A stretch of DNA of 54,205 bases, counting the filler, from Dirinaria sp. TL-2023a (taxonomy: Eukaryota), in NCBI GenBank assembly GCA_051941275.1. It is 3 parts of 3 records of this genome, joined end to end, with 100 filler letters (N's around TTAATTAATTAA, not from the genome) between each part and the next. Parts side by side here need not be neighbours in the genome. Positions count along the whole stretch, not along the records: positions 1 to 18,009 come from JAVEBF010000404.1; positions 18,110 to 36,116 come from JAVEBF010000405.1; 1 more part is not named here. One strand, 5' to 3'. Positions 12,606 through 25,419 of the stretch are shown piece after piece (the first letter of the stretch is position 1; each line of letters begins with the position of its first letter). Made by a program: the position numbers and the translations under genes. The notes beneath the pieces are model-generated. The model had not been told where the DNA came from, did not search any database, and saw only the letters and a program-made list of their open reading frames with translations.

Positions 12606-14456
12606 AATACAAGTATCGCTGGCGGTTTTCTCATTGTCTAAGCTTCAAATACTAATGGTATTCGCCCTTACAGCGAGCTCCAATTGCCATAACCTTCACT
12701 AGATATGGTGCTGGCTGCTCATTTTGCTGGTGGACATCGCGAGTCAGTTGCAGTTATGCTCATCCACTTCAAGAAAATAAGATTTGAAGACAGGCATTCA
12801 AGTACTAAGCGGCTGACTATTGGTAGACAAGAAATATTGATGGAGCAGCGCGGTAGTAGTATCGATGGCATCGAATACTGAAGTCGTCGAGGTGATGAGA
12901 GCGAACTACTAGTCCAAGTCTGAGTTGATGCTGACGCAGAGCTTCTACTGAAGGGAGAAGCAGTTGAAAGTAAGGCAAAGTGCCGCCTTGAACCAAAAGG
13001 CTGCGGAGTATTCGGCGTTCGTAGATGCCAGCTCTGGACAGATGCTGCTGAGATACGAGGATACATGATACTACCGGCGGCCACCTGAGCTACGACTAGT
13101 ACCATGCTACCGGATGCTAAGATGCATGCACACTTTCGTTAAAGATATAGCGAGCTGAAGTACTTATAAGTCACCTTTGGAAAAACACAAGTTGCCTTTA
13201 TAGATCTCAGTTTCGTTTCGGATTGGGTTGCCGCTAGATGTCCAGTAATCCTGGCCAGAGCCTTGAAATGAGCCAAGCTTTTGACAATGTCCCAGATATG
13301 TCATTGATGAGTTCTGACGTCTTGCTATAGCCAAGGTTATGAGATGAGAATGTACGCCTGCCTGAGAGTCTAATCACATCGTCAGTAAATTGCGTTCAGC
13401 ATACACGCAATTGGACAATGTATGGATTGACTTTGTGGTTTCTCTGAGGTCCTTCGATTCTACATATTTCGATAAGGTCAGGACACACATCCTCTGCAAC
13501 TCAAACACCCAAATGACATGAGTTCTGTAAGGGAGGTCTCGCACTTAGAAATGATGAAGCGGTGACAATGAAATACCTGAAAGTTAAATTTTGAGACTTG
13601 AACGGTCAAGAATGGCGCAAGCAATACGCAGTCTGGGTCTAGAGGTATTCGTACATCGGTCTCGGAAGCCTCAAACGCCTCGCTAATAACAAATAAAAGA
13701 GTCAACATTGTGGCAAAATGCTACTCTTCACGTCTTCTCTAAGAATTCTTTGGCTTCATTGACCTTCGTAGCCAGATAGGGACTGCCCCCCCGGTCAGGA
13801 TGGTTTAACAGCATTAACTGTCTGTGATTTTTCCTTATCTTCTCTTTCGTTAATGTGCGCTCACTGCAAATGCAGGTCAGCTTGGTCTGGTTCCATAGGA
13901 CGGGGTTTGGCTACTTACTTCAACTGCAATATCAATGCAGCTTCCCTCCTGTTCATCCTCGGCTCAAAGCCTCCCTTGTAATATGCCTTCAGCGCTGCTG
14001 CGCCTGCCGTTCCTGCTTTGTATTTTCTAAAGGCCACCAAGCCGGCTCTACCCTGAATCCAAGCCTTAGTAGGGGATCAAAACATCACGCAAGGCACCGG
14101 AGGAATATACAAAGAAGGCTGCAGCGGCCACCCCTATCCCTACCGCAAGGACTGCCGTCATACCTGACTCGGGCTTTTCGGAGGTGGACTGCTCTAATCT
14201 TTGGTGTGAGCGTGCTAACAGGATTCTGTGTAGAGTGAATAGCGAAGCGAAAACAACTCTGTCTGAGAGTAAGGTACTGCAGAAGCCTCAACAGTCTCGG
14301 CGGCGGCGGCGGCGGCGAACACTAAAAAGCTCCGCCAGACCCTTGTTCCTGTTCTCGCTAAGCATCCACTAGCGGCTTTTTCGATTCACTTCCTTAAGAT
14401 TCAATGCTTCTGGAAATCGTTTTCTGCAACCTAACCTTCATATCTCTGTTGAAACA

Positions 14457-15214
14457 ATGAGGTATGCTATCGCGTGGCATACTGGAGAATACGATCTAAT
14501 ATTCTACGCAGGGTCGAGACATGTTATTTCTGTTCTCAACCTTGTTATCCGTCCAAAGGTCACTATCGACAGCCCTCCACCTAAAGTCAATGCTGACACC
14601 AAGGAGGTATAACTTTCGTCAGGAACGATGCCAAAGTCTTCAGATTCTGCAGGAGTAAATGCCATAAGAATGTTTGGACTTTTGCCGACTCCCAATCACT
14701 CACATATGCTGATTCCTATATTAGTTCAAGATGAAGCGCAACCCACGCAAGGTGGGCTCCAGCGCCCAGTTCTCTGGCCATCAACAAACTAAGTTTCGCA
14801 TAGCTCGAATGGACAAAATCGTTCCGCAAATCCGCTGGCAAAGAAATGGTTGTCGACAGCACCCTCACCTTTGCCGCCCGACGCAACGTACCAATCCGCT
14901 ACAACCGTGACACTGTCACGACTACGCTCAAAGCTATGGAACGGGTTTCAGAGATTCGGGCCAAGAGGGAGAGAGTCTTTTACAAGAATCGTATGGCCGG
15001 GAACAAGGAGAGGGAGAAAGCAGCAAACCGGAAATTGGTCGCTGAGAACCAACATTTGCTGCCGAGAGTCCGAACCTCGGAGGAGATGGAAGATTTGGTC
15101 GAGGAGCCTTTTGCTGAAGATCTCTCTCTGAGAGAGCCAAACCAAAAGTTGAAGCGAAAGAAGAAACAACGATTGCTTGTGGATGGCGGAGTAGAGGAGA
15201 TGGATATTGGATAA
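14457..15214 (+). CDS. RLP24: Ribosome biogenesis protein Rlp24 (L24e family, 5 exons)
   Basis: Spliced translation [18 protein letters not shown](G)[65 protein letters not shown]. Confidence 0.95.
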
Positions 15215-15308
15215 GACCGTTGTAAGATATAACGTGTAAGAGCAAGGGCGTTCGGCCGGAAACATCACGTATCACAAGAGATTGTTATGATTCATCTTGC
15301 TTTTGCGT

Positions 15309-15823
15309 TTATGGATCGCCCAGCTTCTCGCTTCCCAAATGGGCCTTTTCGGGCATTTTCATCTCCTTACCAACCTCTTCAACCGTCTGTGTGGGAATCC
15401 TTTCTTGGGCTTCGCTCAAGCGCCTTTCCGCGTTTGACTTCCTTCTTTCAACATCTCCACTGACAAAATTACCGGCACCGCCCCTTCCTATGTGGCCCCC
15501 TTCTGGGACCTGAGTTTGTTTGACGGAAGTAGACAGGTCATGAGGGATCGTAGCTGCGTTGGTGAGAGATGTAGATTGGTAATTGCCGGCACCACCTCGT
15601 CCCTGGTGCGTATAGCTGGGTTGAATAGCTTTCGTGCTGTTTGTAGGCGTGCTTTGGGCAGCTTCTTGAGCTTCGACATCCTGAGTAACTGTAAGTAGCG
15701 GCGATAGGAGGCAGGCTGCTTTCAGACCTCGTTGATACGTTTAGCTGCTTCATCTATGTCTTGCGGGCTGTAATAGTTGCCAGCCCCTCCCCTGCCCACT
15801 TTACGGTACATATCTGAGGCCAT
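15309..15823 (-). CDS. Small GRGGAGN-repeat protein (DUF3602-like), apparent 1-nt frameshift near 15446
   Basis: MASDMYRKVGRGGAGNYY..., an intron, then two more GRGGAGN repeats. The tail EVGKEMKMPEKAHLG lies in a shifted frame. As written the frame stops at about 15415. Confidence 0.75.
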
Positions 15824-18009
15824 TTGCCCAGGTAATGTACAGTACTTTGACTTGCAGCTCGTTGAACCTAAGGTACTAAGCATGCAGTCAATCTTTGCTC
15901 CTGCGAGTTTATAAGGCCAACGCGGGAGACATCACATGTCTAGCGCCTGCAGATCCGGCTTGCTACTTGCTAGCGTGATTAAATATTCATTTACATTCGG
16001 TAAGGTACAATACGAGTACTGTACCTCTGGACTTACTAGGTACATGATAAGGTAAGTAAGATGAGGAACGAGGGTAGACTCGGGAAAGTGCTGCAGGTAG
16101 GCATGAAGGATAAATAAATAAATTCATTATTCTGATCCCTACAAAAAGCGATCAATATATTTAGTTGAAGGTGCAAGTGACGAAATGCTGCCAAAATGAC
16201 TCCCACATCTGGTGATTGCGTGATCATAAACACTCCATCATCTACGACTTCGCCCTTCGCTAGCGGTTCCCTTGCAATGGAACCCGCAGATCCAACATTA
16301 AGGAATCGGGGGAGTAAAGCCGACTCTAGCGTAGAGAACGCTTCGCAGTTGATGGCGTCCATTTCGATGTTTATAGAGATTGATCTCGTTAGTCTTCCCT
16401 CAGTAATATTCGTCTATGCTTTCGCCTCAACGTAGATGACTTAGAATCCCTTATCCATCGAAATCTTTTACTAGATGCTGAGTGATTCACCTGCTCAGAT
16501 CCGCTCACGCGATCCGACTTTGCGAAGAGAATGGCAACAATATATGATGAGCGATCTGAATGATTTGCTTCAGGACAATGGTGCGAGATGATCCTTCTCT
16601 AAAATACCTGAAGCTACCGATTGACACGCATGTCCGATTGACTCTAGGAAATATGTTAGAAGACTGCAATTGGACCAGCAAAGGCTGAGACTGACAAGCA
16701 CGCTTCGGAAAATCTCAGGACTGCTTTGCAAAGCTCTAGAACATGTGTCCGCCTCGGTGCGAAGTATAAAGTACGGCAACTTACAATTTTTTCAATATAT
16801 TTCGGCTTTTCAATGTGTACGGAGTTGCGCTCGACCAGCTTGACGAATATTGGTGGATAAATGGCCGCGGACGTTCACTGCTCGAGACCATCCGCTATGA
16901 GTATCGTGAAGCGTAGCAAAGCTAGCTGAATTAGCCAAATGCTATGCTCGAGTCGCATTTGCAACCGTTTGGAGCTATAGGATAGACCGAGCTATTCAAC
17001 CATATTGCTATGTCGATTTGTACGTGGATACGTAAGAGCTTGAACCTTACCAACATATAGAATTTCGGCGCTGTAAACTGCAAAGGTAATTTCTTCAATT
17101 CGATACGCCGTGTCGTTACCTCGACAAATCGCGCTCACCACGAGCCATCGGAAGAAAGGCCCGAAGCATGGGAACGCAGATTTGTTCGGACTCCAATATG
17201 AATATGGCAAAAAAGGTTTTTAGCCATTGACTTGCACTGCTTGCCTTATTCAATTAAATATAGGCGAGGGAGTGGCTTTTCAGATTTGAGAGCCGTTCAG
17301 ATACTCAGCCGAATCACAGCGCACGTAGCTTGAAGTGTTCCCCACCAATCCCAGGCCAAAAGTACATGTAGTCAGCTGTCCAACCATGGCCCCACGGGCC
17401 AATTGCAGGCTAAAGGCCGCGGTGGCGGGCGATGGCGTATGCCTTGCATTGGATAAAGGCGCCATCAATTATGCCATTTTCACTTTCGCGCCATTTGTGA
17501 TCGCGATCTCCGATTAGTTAGTTGGAACTCGTGGGTCAGAAGACCTTCACTTTCATGGAGGGCAACTCCCCGATGGACAGGGATACCGAAGGTGATAATG
17601 GCCCAAGCAGATACTCAACCAGATTGTTACATCCTGCCGAGTAGTCAAAGGACCAAGTGAGAAAGGAGAACAATGGACGAGGTTGCCATCCTATTATTGC
17701 TTTCATTGCTAGCAAGTAGCAGTGCCTGGATTTGAGTTTGGCAGGTCGAAACCCGCCTCCACTCTTACCTTCGCACCGGGTGCTCCGGATAAGGGGGAAT
17801 TTGTGGTTGGCGATCATGCAAGCCTGCGCTTTCGAGCGAGGGCAAGGGGGGCGGGTGCTTGTGCCTGGATCAAGCCCACAGACCCCAGCGCCATTTGGCG
17901 CCATCGCAGAGACCTCGAACCACATTTCCCTGCAGTTGCCAACGCAATATTTTCAGGTACAGGAAACGTGTGCAGGCGGGAAGGATGCGCGAATTGGGGC
18001 CCTGGGGGG

Positions 18010-18109
18010 NNNNNNNNNNNNNNNNNNNNNNNNNNNNNNNNNNNNNNNNNNNNTTAATTAATTAANNNNNNNNNNNNNNNNNNNNNNNNNNNNNNNNNNN
18101 NNNNNNNNN
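18010..18109. other. Artificial contig-join spacer
   Basis: 44 N + TTAATTAATTAA (stops in all six frames) + 44 N, exactly 100 nt. Confidence 0.97.
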
Positions 18110-18259
18110 AAACATATCTTAGCTTGATAAAAACATAAGCCCCATTGATTTTTTTTTTTAAAAAAAGAGCTTCGTTCGTTCAGTAGCAAATGAATCCGAT
18201 CCGCAAACTCCTGTTTTTTCCCCATGTCTGTAACCTGCCACAGTAAATCCATTTAGGCC

Positions 18260-21200
18260 TCACTCTCTCTCCTTCCCCCCACCACCAGCATCCGCCACCC
18301 CTGCTCCATCCCAAGTTAACCGCGCGAACTTGTCCATCAGCAAATCCCTCAACGCCCCGCCGTCGCTGCACAGCTCGGTCATCTCCAGCGCCTTCCCCGC
18401 CCACCGCCGACACGCGGCGTCCTGGGAGGCGCAGTAGAAATCGACTGCGCGGTTGAAGGCCGTGGTGGCGAGGTACTCGAGTTCTTCGGGGGGATAAGGG
18501 TGGGGGGTCTAGAGAATTTGTATTCCGTAAGCTTGGTGGGGGGTTTTTGGGTTTTTTTCGGAGGGGGGAGGGTGGAAAAGGGACGTACGGCTTTCGCAGT
18601 CGTTGCGTTGATTATCACTTGTGTGAGGAGGTGTTCTGATATTTCTGGAGAGGATGAGGAGGATGAGGTGAGGGATAGAGAGAAGAGACAGCGGATCCAG
18701 CGCGAGAGGTGCGCGATGTTGGTGGTGGTGTGCGAGAGGGGCCATGTTGCGTGTATGATTTGCTTGAGTTTTTTTTTCGTGAGCGTGGGAGCTTTCTTTC
18801 GCGGGGGCAGGCAGGCATGGAGAATTGGGAATTTTTACCTGCAAGGTTGCGATTTGGACTGTGGGGCGGTTTTTGGTCAGTCAGTATTGGCTTGGTTGAG
18901 GGTTGGTGGTTTTTTCCCACCCCCTTCCTTACCTTCGGTAGGCGCTTCGCAGGAAAGCACAATGTCCGCCATGATGGCATAGATCTTTGGGTCGGGGTTT
19001 GCTTCGCAATCCTTTTTTCCCTACATCAGTCTCTGGTTTGCTTCGGGGATTTCGATTGCTGTGCAACTATGGCACCTTACCTTGATTAGAGGCTCAAAAC
19101 TCTCCCAAGCTTTCAGCCGCGCTGCTGCCTCGAAATCGTAGGCCAGAAGACTATTGTGTTTGCGCGAGAGGTCTTCTTTCGCTCCGCCTTCGAGTCGCTC
19201 GAGCTGTTCTTGCAGCCGTTTTCGGAAGTCGTTGGCGGCTTTGCGCACATTCAGGTAATGTTGAAGCTTCGGCGTGTCAGTTCTTTCCATCCATGAGCTT
19301 TGGCTAGTATGAGCTAGCTTACCTGCGACTCGATGTTATCCTCGTCTCGCGCAATAACGATGAGCAGCGAAGCACAAAGGAAGTCGCAGAAGAGCCGTCG
19401 CAATGACAAATCAGCCACAACCTCTGGATCCATGTCTGTAGGGTATAAGTCCATGAACTTCACTGTGTTAGTATTCATCTGAGTCAGGAAGCAGCGCCAT
19501 CACCTTCAAGCAGGCTGACACCAAGCGCAATGTTTCTTGAGGATTCCAATCTGAACAGACTCGTAGAGCAAGGTTGTAGGAATTTCGGGAAAACCAGTCG
19601 AGCTCGGCCAAGGAGAAGAGCTCGTCCTTGGAGTCACGACGCGACGTCTTAGCTTGCTTGGCCGCTGGCTTTGAGTCAGCAGGTTGGAGGCCATTTTACA
19701 TTGGCTGCAAACACTGACCTCCATCGAACAGTTTACATAAACCTTCCATACTGTGCTGACTTTCGGGAGGCGCGTTGTCAAGCTCCTGTATGAGCATCCT
19801 TGCGGTGCAACTGAACGTGTAAGGATCTTGCGCGCAACAAGGTGAAGATGCAGTACCGTAGTAAAGCAGGGAGATGGACGCCGCTAGGGGCACCATAATC
19901 GTATTTGTCAAGCACTCTCTGCATGGAAGCAATACTTTGAGCTCGGTTGCCCGCACGTTGAGCCTCCAGAACGCAGGCGTACAGCAGCGTCGCATCTTTG
20001 GTGGACGTACGGCAAATTGTATCGAGACACTGAGTTGCTTCAAAAATCAGTGCTTGCACAAACGGATGAGGATGAGCCATATACCCAACTCGACATCTTG
20101 ACATCTGAGTGCGATTTTGTACAGTAGATACTGTGTTGATGGGTGCTTCTGGTTCGTGCCCGACATCTCAAGGTAGACATCCCTCGCACGCTGAGGATCG
20201 GACCCACCTAGAGCACAGAGAATTAACTTCCTGCATGCTATCAGTCTCATGCGTATAAAGCGCTGGGGGCAAATTACCTTTGCAGCTTCCCTGTATTGAG
20301 CGTTCCTGAGTTGGAGAAGATTGGGTGCAAAGAAAGGCGGCACCAACTTTGGGCAGCATCGTATTGCTCTTGGTTGTAGCTGGTATCGATGCGTTTACAC
20401 ATGAGCTATGTGGAAATTAGCCCGTCTCATTGTGAAGGTACTCTAACCGCATTGTCAAGGCGTACGATTTGTGCTGCGTGTGTGGCAGAGGGGCTTATCG
20501 CTCTTCCGATGTTGCCTTGTAGGGTCTCTAGAAAGTCACTCAGCAGGCCGAATGTGTCTGTGAGCTCCGCCGACGTTGTACAGTTCCATATGAGCGTGAT
20601 CAATGTCTTCTCCAGCCATTGGTACTCTTCCACCCCGGCCAATCGTTCGATTGCAAGAGTGACGAGGACCATATGTGCCATGCGTGCGTTTCGGGTACGC
20701 AGCTTGTGGATGTGATGTAGGGCTGTCTTGACGTTGGAATCTGTGAGGTGCACAGTACGGACAATCTTCTGGAGAACGTCGCAATAGTCTTGGGCCGGAT
20801 ATACTGGGTCCAGCGAATACAGATCCAGCCTGAGCAGCGAGACTGCTAGTCTATCGCCATGCTCGAGCTCAAGCTCTCCCAAAATGTTCCAGGCTTTTGC
20901 GATATGTTCTTGGCCTCCAAGGCTTATCAAGGCTTTTATCAATGAATGCATAACGCTGACTTGCAGCTCTGATGAGTCGCTACTCAACTCTTCGAGATCT
21001 TGACTTGAGAGCACTTCCTGGGCTCTCGCTAGCCATTTGGTGGCCTCTGCAGGTCGCGATTTGTTGATCTGGTCCCTTCCAATCTCATAATACAGGTCTG
21101 CGATGCTTTCGGCGGTAGAAGGGTCTTTTTCAGTAGAGTCAAGGTACACTTTAGGAACCATCAGCTCAGCCAAGTCCAAACGATCTTGCCGCCATGCCTA

Positions 21201-21994
21201 AGAAGGTATCAACGAGATTTTCCTTTCGTCAGAGTTAGCAACCTACCAAGGTTATGCGTAGAACGAAGTACTCCTGGGATAAATGACGGCTGTGATGCAA
21301 TTGCTCTTCATTGCCACGCTTTTCAGAACCGGCCAAGCGTGCTTCGTAGATAGCTGCTCTCTCGATAACTCGCTCCGCCAAACTCAGTTGCCGCTGTTCT
21401 ATCGTCCGTATCAGCCATAGAACGCCATCATTCGCTCGGCAACATCACACCCAGGCATTGTTTCGTGGTCCTCAAGGCTGACTTCAACACTCGGATGTCA
21501 TCTGAAGTACACTTTTAGTCTGGGTAGTCCTACGGCGGCTTGAAGAGTGGCTGGCCCACTTGCAACAGAGCCTTGCGATGATCTTTGCGCGCAATCGAGA
21601 AGTAGGCAAGCGAGGACACGCACTGTGCTCCTCAGTCACAGCCGCAAGGTAAGACAGCGGAACAGCAAACCAAGACAGATTGACTCTGTTGTCGCTTGAC
21701 TTCCATGTTTGAGCTTAGAAGCAAGATTCCAGAGCCTCGTCCCGCGAGCGTCTAAGTCATGTATGCGGTCGACCACACCAGCGCCTTGTAGTAAGAGAAC
21801 TCTATCACACTGCTTGTATAGTGCAACGACGGGGGTAGACGATAGATCATTGGATCGCAAGGTCTTCTCGAGGTCCGCAGCGAAAGCTGCAACAGATGAG
21901 TCGGACTTGCTGTACGCATGGGCCAAGATCGGTACCCACCAACGACGCTCTTGACTTTGTCCTCCCTCTCACGACGATGGAGATCAGGTCCCAT
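18260..21994 (-). CDS. SPO22: Meiotic TPR protein Spo22/Zip4 (multi-exon; 3' part in error-rich sequence)
   Basis: N-terminal LDARGTRLWNLAS, IADLYYEIGRDQI..ATKWLARA, ATHAAQ, ARKLILCAL, LYACVLEAQ, LAYDFEAAARLKAW, LSRWIRCLF and C-terminal YPPEELEYLATTAFNRAVDFY, all typical of fungal Spo22. Confidence 0.82.
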
Positions 21995-22402
21995 CGACCT
22001 CACTCCAGTGAAGGGACGGTCTTGAGCTGGCACTTGATCTTTCAGGCGGAAAATTGAGTGCAGGTGAGCATCGCGATCGAGATGAGAGGATTGTGAGGAT
22101 GTGAGGGACTCGTGTATTTCTTGGCGTAATGCTGGCCTATTGCAGGCATCGTCAGAGCTGGACCACATGGAAGAGAAGAATTACAACCGAATCTGACATT
22201 AGCAGGCTCTGCAAAGTATGCACAAAGCGAGGTATCTTATGACAACAGGAGAGGTATTGCTACAGAAGACCATGCACGCCGTCTTACACTTCTCACTTAA
22301 GGTGCCGCATACGCCGCCCATTACTGGTGAACTCTGCCCAACCAACCCCCATAGCGATACACCGAAGACGTATCCAAGCAACTCGGCTCCTAAGAAGGCC
22401 TG

Positions 22403-24404
22403 CTACGCTTCTGAGGCAAGAAGTTTCCTACGATGAGAGCGGGGCTAAGGTCGCGTTAGCAAGTGTCCAGAGACCGTCGTTTCAACTATCTCACATGTTA
22501 TGCGAGTCTCTTCGTATAGTGAACGAGAAGCAACAATGGATTTCCGGATCTTTCGAAGCGAGGTTCGGGTTCTTTAATGAACAGCTTGTCAACATAGCCT
22601 TCTGTGTCGTATCGAAAGCAATGGCTCCGAACTTCTCCCAATAGCTGACGAGATGAGCTTCAACAATGATCTCGTGCAATGCGAGTTTCCCCTACAAGCA
22701 TGTCAGCAGGTGGCTTACACTTTACCTTTGCGTGTTTTATCATACATCTCTAAGCTGCTCGATTGGTACATGGATCAGCTCCGCCATCTCCCGGTTGCCG
22801 CGGAAGATCTCGCCTGTTCGCCGCCAGCAGCAGGCGGGGACGGCCATGCTCGCGAACACTCGATCGTATTCCATGAGACTTCGTTCGAACCACATCTCGA
22901 CGAGAACGAGCTCGATATCGGTCAAGGACTTCATGCGCTCCCGAAATTTGGGTCTAAATTTATCAATTTGCCGAGCGATCTTCTGCCGCGACGCGGGCTG
23001 CATATGCTGGTCCATGTATTGGTCCAACCGTGCATAACCATTGATGTAATTAAACGGCCTCAGTAAACCTGCATCATACTTGGCCTTTAGCACCTTAGTC
23101 ATGCGTTCCTCGGGTGTGTCGTTCCCGGAGGGGTCCGCGGCGGTCATATAGTACGCTTCCTTGGCTTTCTCCGTCATGGTGCGTGCCGTGCGCGATTCTT
23201 TCGTGCCTGACGCGGATTTCGTAGCTTCGTCCGTCAGTCGTCCCTGGGCTTGGGCAAGGTTGTCTCGACCACTACCATTCGTGCTGGCCGCAACAGTGTC
23301 GATCAGGCTCGGATCAGAGTAAAGGCCTTGGACATCGTCCCCGGAATAGAGTCCCCGTTCGTCGAGCAAGCTTGTACTTAGAAAATCGTTCAGTAAATTG
23401 TATTCGTTCGTGACCTCAGGAGCATTAAACATATATGATGGGTGATAATTGTGCATATCGTGGAACTGGTGTTGTCCCCCGAGACTCCAATCGCCGTAGC
23501 CGAAAGCTTCGAATTGGTTAGCATTATGTAAATCGGTGTGACCGAGGAAAACGATCTTACACTGCTGGCCTTGGGCTGCTGCGAATGGACTCTGAGCTCC
23601 CAAGACTGGAGACGACGAAGGCAGCTGCTCAGCAGGGTCTGCCTGCGTAGTCGCAGGCAAAGCCGAAGGGCTCAAGTCCAGCCCAGGTCCTTGCAGGAGC
23701 TGCCGCTGCTGCTGCTGCTGCTGCTGCTCAGCTTCCTCTTGCTCCGTCGAGCGGAACAAGGCGTTCTCCGGGTTGCCCTCCTGCTTGGCGGACCTTTCGC
23801 CGTCCCCAACCACGTTGTCGCGTTCGAGCTTGGTCGCTTTGGCGGGCTCGCGCGGCTCGTCGTGGCACAAATGGCCAATACTTCGCTTGACACATCGGGC
23901 ACATGGTCGATCCTGTAGGCCAATGAGTTTTGCGCCCCCCAACTTCAGTCAGGTCGGGGGCAGATCCAGATGGTTTATCAGGCACCGATCCAATCAGAGC
24001 TCTTACCAGGTCGCATGTCATATGCTGTCATTGGCGCAAAATTAGCCATGAGGGTCAGCCTCTCGTATTCACGTGTTTTATTTTTCTGCCACACACTCTC
24101 TTTCGAAACGCAAAACGGGAGGGCAATGCTGTGTAGCATTGGGAGCGGAAGGACTATGCTGGGAGCGCAACTAAGGTGGCTCACCGAACGCCGGCAGTAG
24201 ATACATGCTACAGGAATTTTTTGCGGAGGTGTCAGCGCGTGATCCGGGGGTAGGGGGGACTGGGGAGAGTAGGGTGTCTGGAAGAATGTGTGGATCCTGG
24301 GGAGATCCTACGACCGTACCGTGGTTGACCTTACGTCGCTTCCTAGGGCTCACTTGATCGCCTGTGGCCGGAACTTGGGCCGGCGTGCTTCGTTCGGAAC
24401 CCAT
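22403..24404 (-). CDS. acuM: Zn2Cys6/PAS gluconeogenesis and alternative-oxidase regulator AcuM (Rds2/AOD-2 family)
   Basis: Spliced RKRRKVNHACIYCRRSHMTCDLDRPCARCVKRSIGHLCHDEPRE, YYMTAADP, GLLRPFNY, SMAVPACCWRRTGEIFRGN, YWEKFGAIAFD and CCFSFTIRRD..PALIVGNFLP. Confidence 0.9.
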
Positions 24405-25419
24405 GGCATTGCGTGGTGGGATTACCTGATTCGGTCCCCTATCGATTCTGGGCCTGTTGCCTCACAAGAGCGGATTGGGAGAAGCTTGGGAAGTGGGTAA
24501 AAAGTCTAACAGTCCAATGAATTGAGTTTCGCCGTCGGAAGCGCACTACGGCTCGATGCATGGGGGAGGGGGTGCTGCATTATTCCCAACGACGTGCCGC
24601 TACGGAGTCAGGTAAGCAGGTGAGGTAAGGTATGGCACCGTATGGTTACGATGGTATGGGAGAAAAAAGGGCACGATTCTTTTCCAGGAATCCAGGATCC
24701 TTCTGCCTGAAGACGTGCACGACCTGACTGGTCAAGACGGTCAACCTTACTTTCGCATCCCATAATCTTGCAGATCATCAATAGGCTAATGTGGCTACGG
24801 GCACCCTAACGCCCTTACATCCACCCTTTACTGCTTGTCGTTCTTTGCATTGAACACTCCACAAACAGGTTAAAAAACAAGATCTACTATGCAACACGGG
24901 TCCAATCGTGACTCGTTCACAAGCCTTTTGGTTCCTCGCTGCGGCGCAAACATGATTTTCCCTCTGCCCTCCAACCCCCAATTCTTATCAAGCAAGGGAT
25001 GACGGCTAACTTCGACAGCCTTCTTTTAGAACCGTTGGCGCTAATGCGTCGTCAGCGTCTCCATGCGCACCATCGTAGCTTTACGGCCTATGGAAGATGG
25101 CGCTTCATCCGAGCGGTCAATTGCTCAAAGTCCAGACCTGGCTGTAAAGATTATGACAGAGGAGGCGTCGCTGCTAATCTCAGCCACTGTGACGTCTCAA
25201 TTTAATGACACCAGCGCGCTCGCTGCTGAAGGGGGAAGACTGGAGTTCTAGAGCGCTTGTGAGAGTAAAGATCGAGATCGTACGATTGCTGATGCAATCA
25301 TTCTGCTTGTACCATCTAAATGGACCCAAGTGTCAGACCAAGAGTCAAAACTGAACACTCGCGACTCATTGGCCAGAGCCACAAATCTAGAAGCTGTAAT
25401 TGCATGATCGATCTGACTT

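Noticed and set aside
12704..13070. Possible ankyrin-like relic (AAHFAGGHRESVAVMLI, AELLLKGEAVES)
   Set aside because: Similarity is too weak and interrupted to support without an HMM search.
16030..18009. Short ORFs that might form a gene or pseudogene
   Set aside because: No recognisable domain or consistent splice model, and the distal part is near a low-quality contig end.
18054..18065. TTAATTAATTAA palindrome (also at 36161-36172) as a biological site
   Set aside because: It is centred in N runs and is a six-frame-stop assembly linker.
7630..23730. (CAG)n tracts in atrR and acuM, and (CGG)n near 14298
   Set aside because: Ordinary microsatellites or polyQ tracts.
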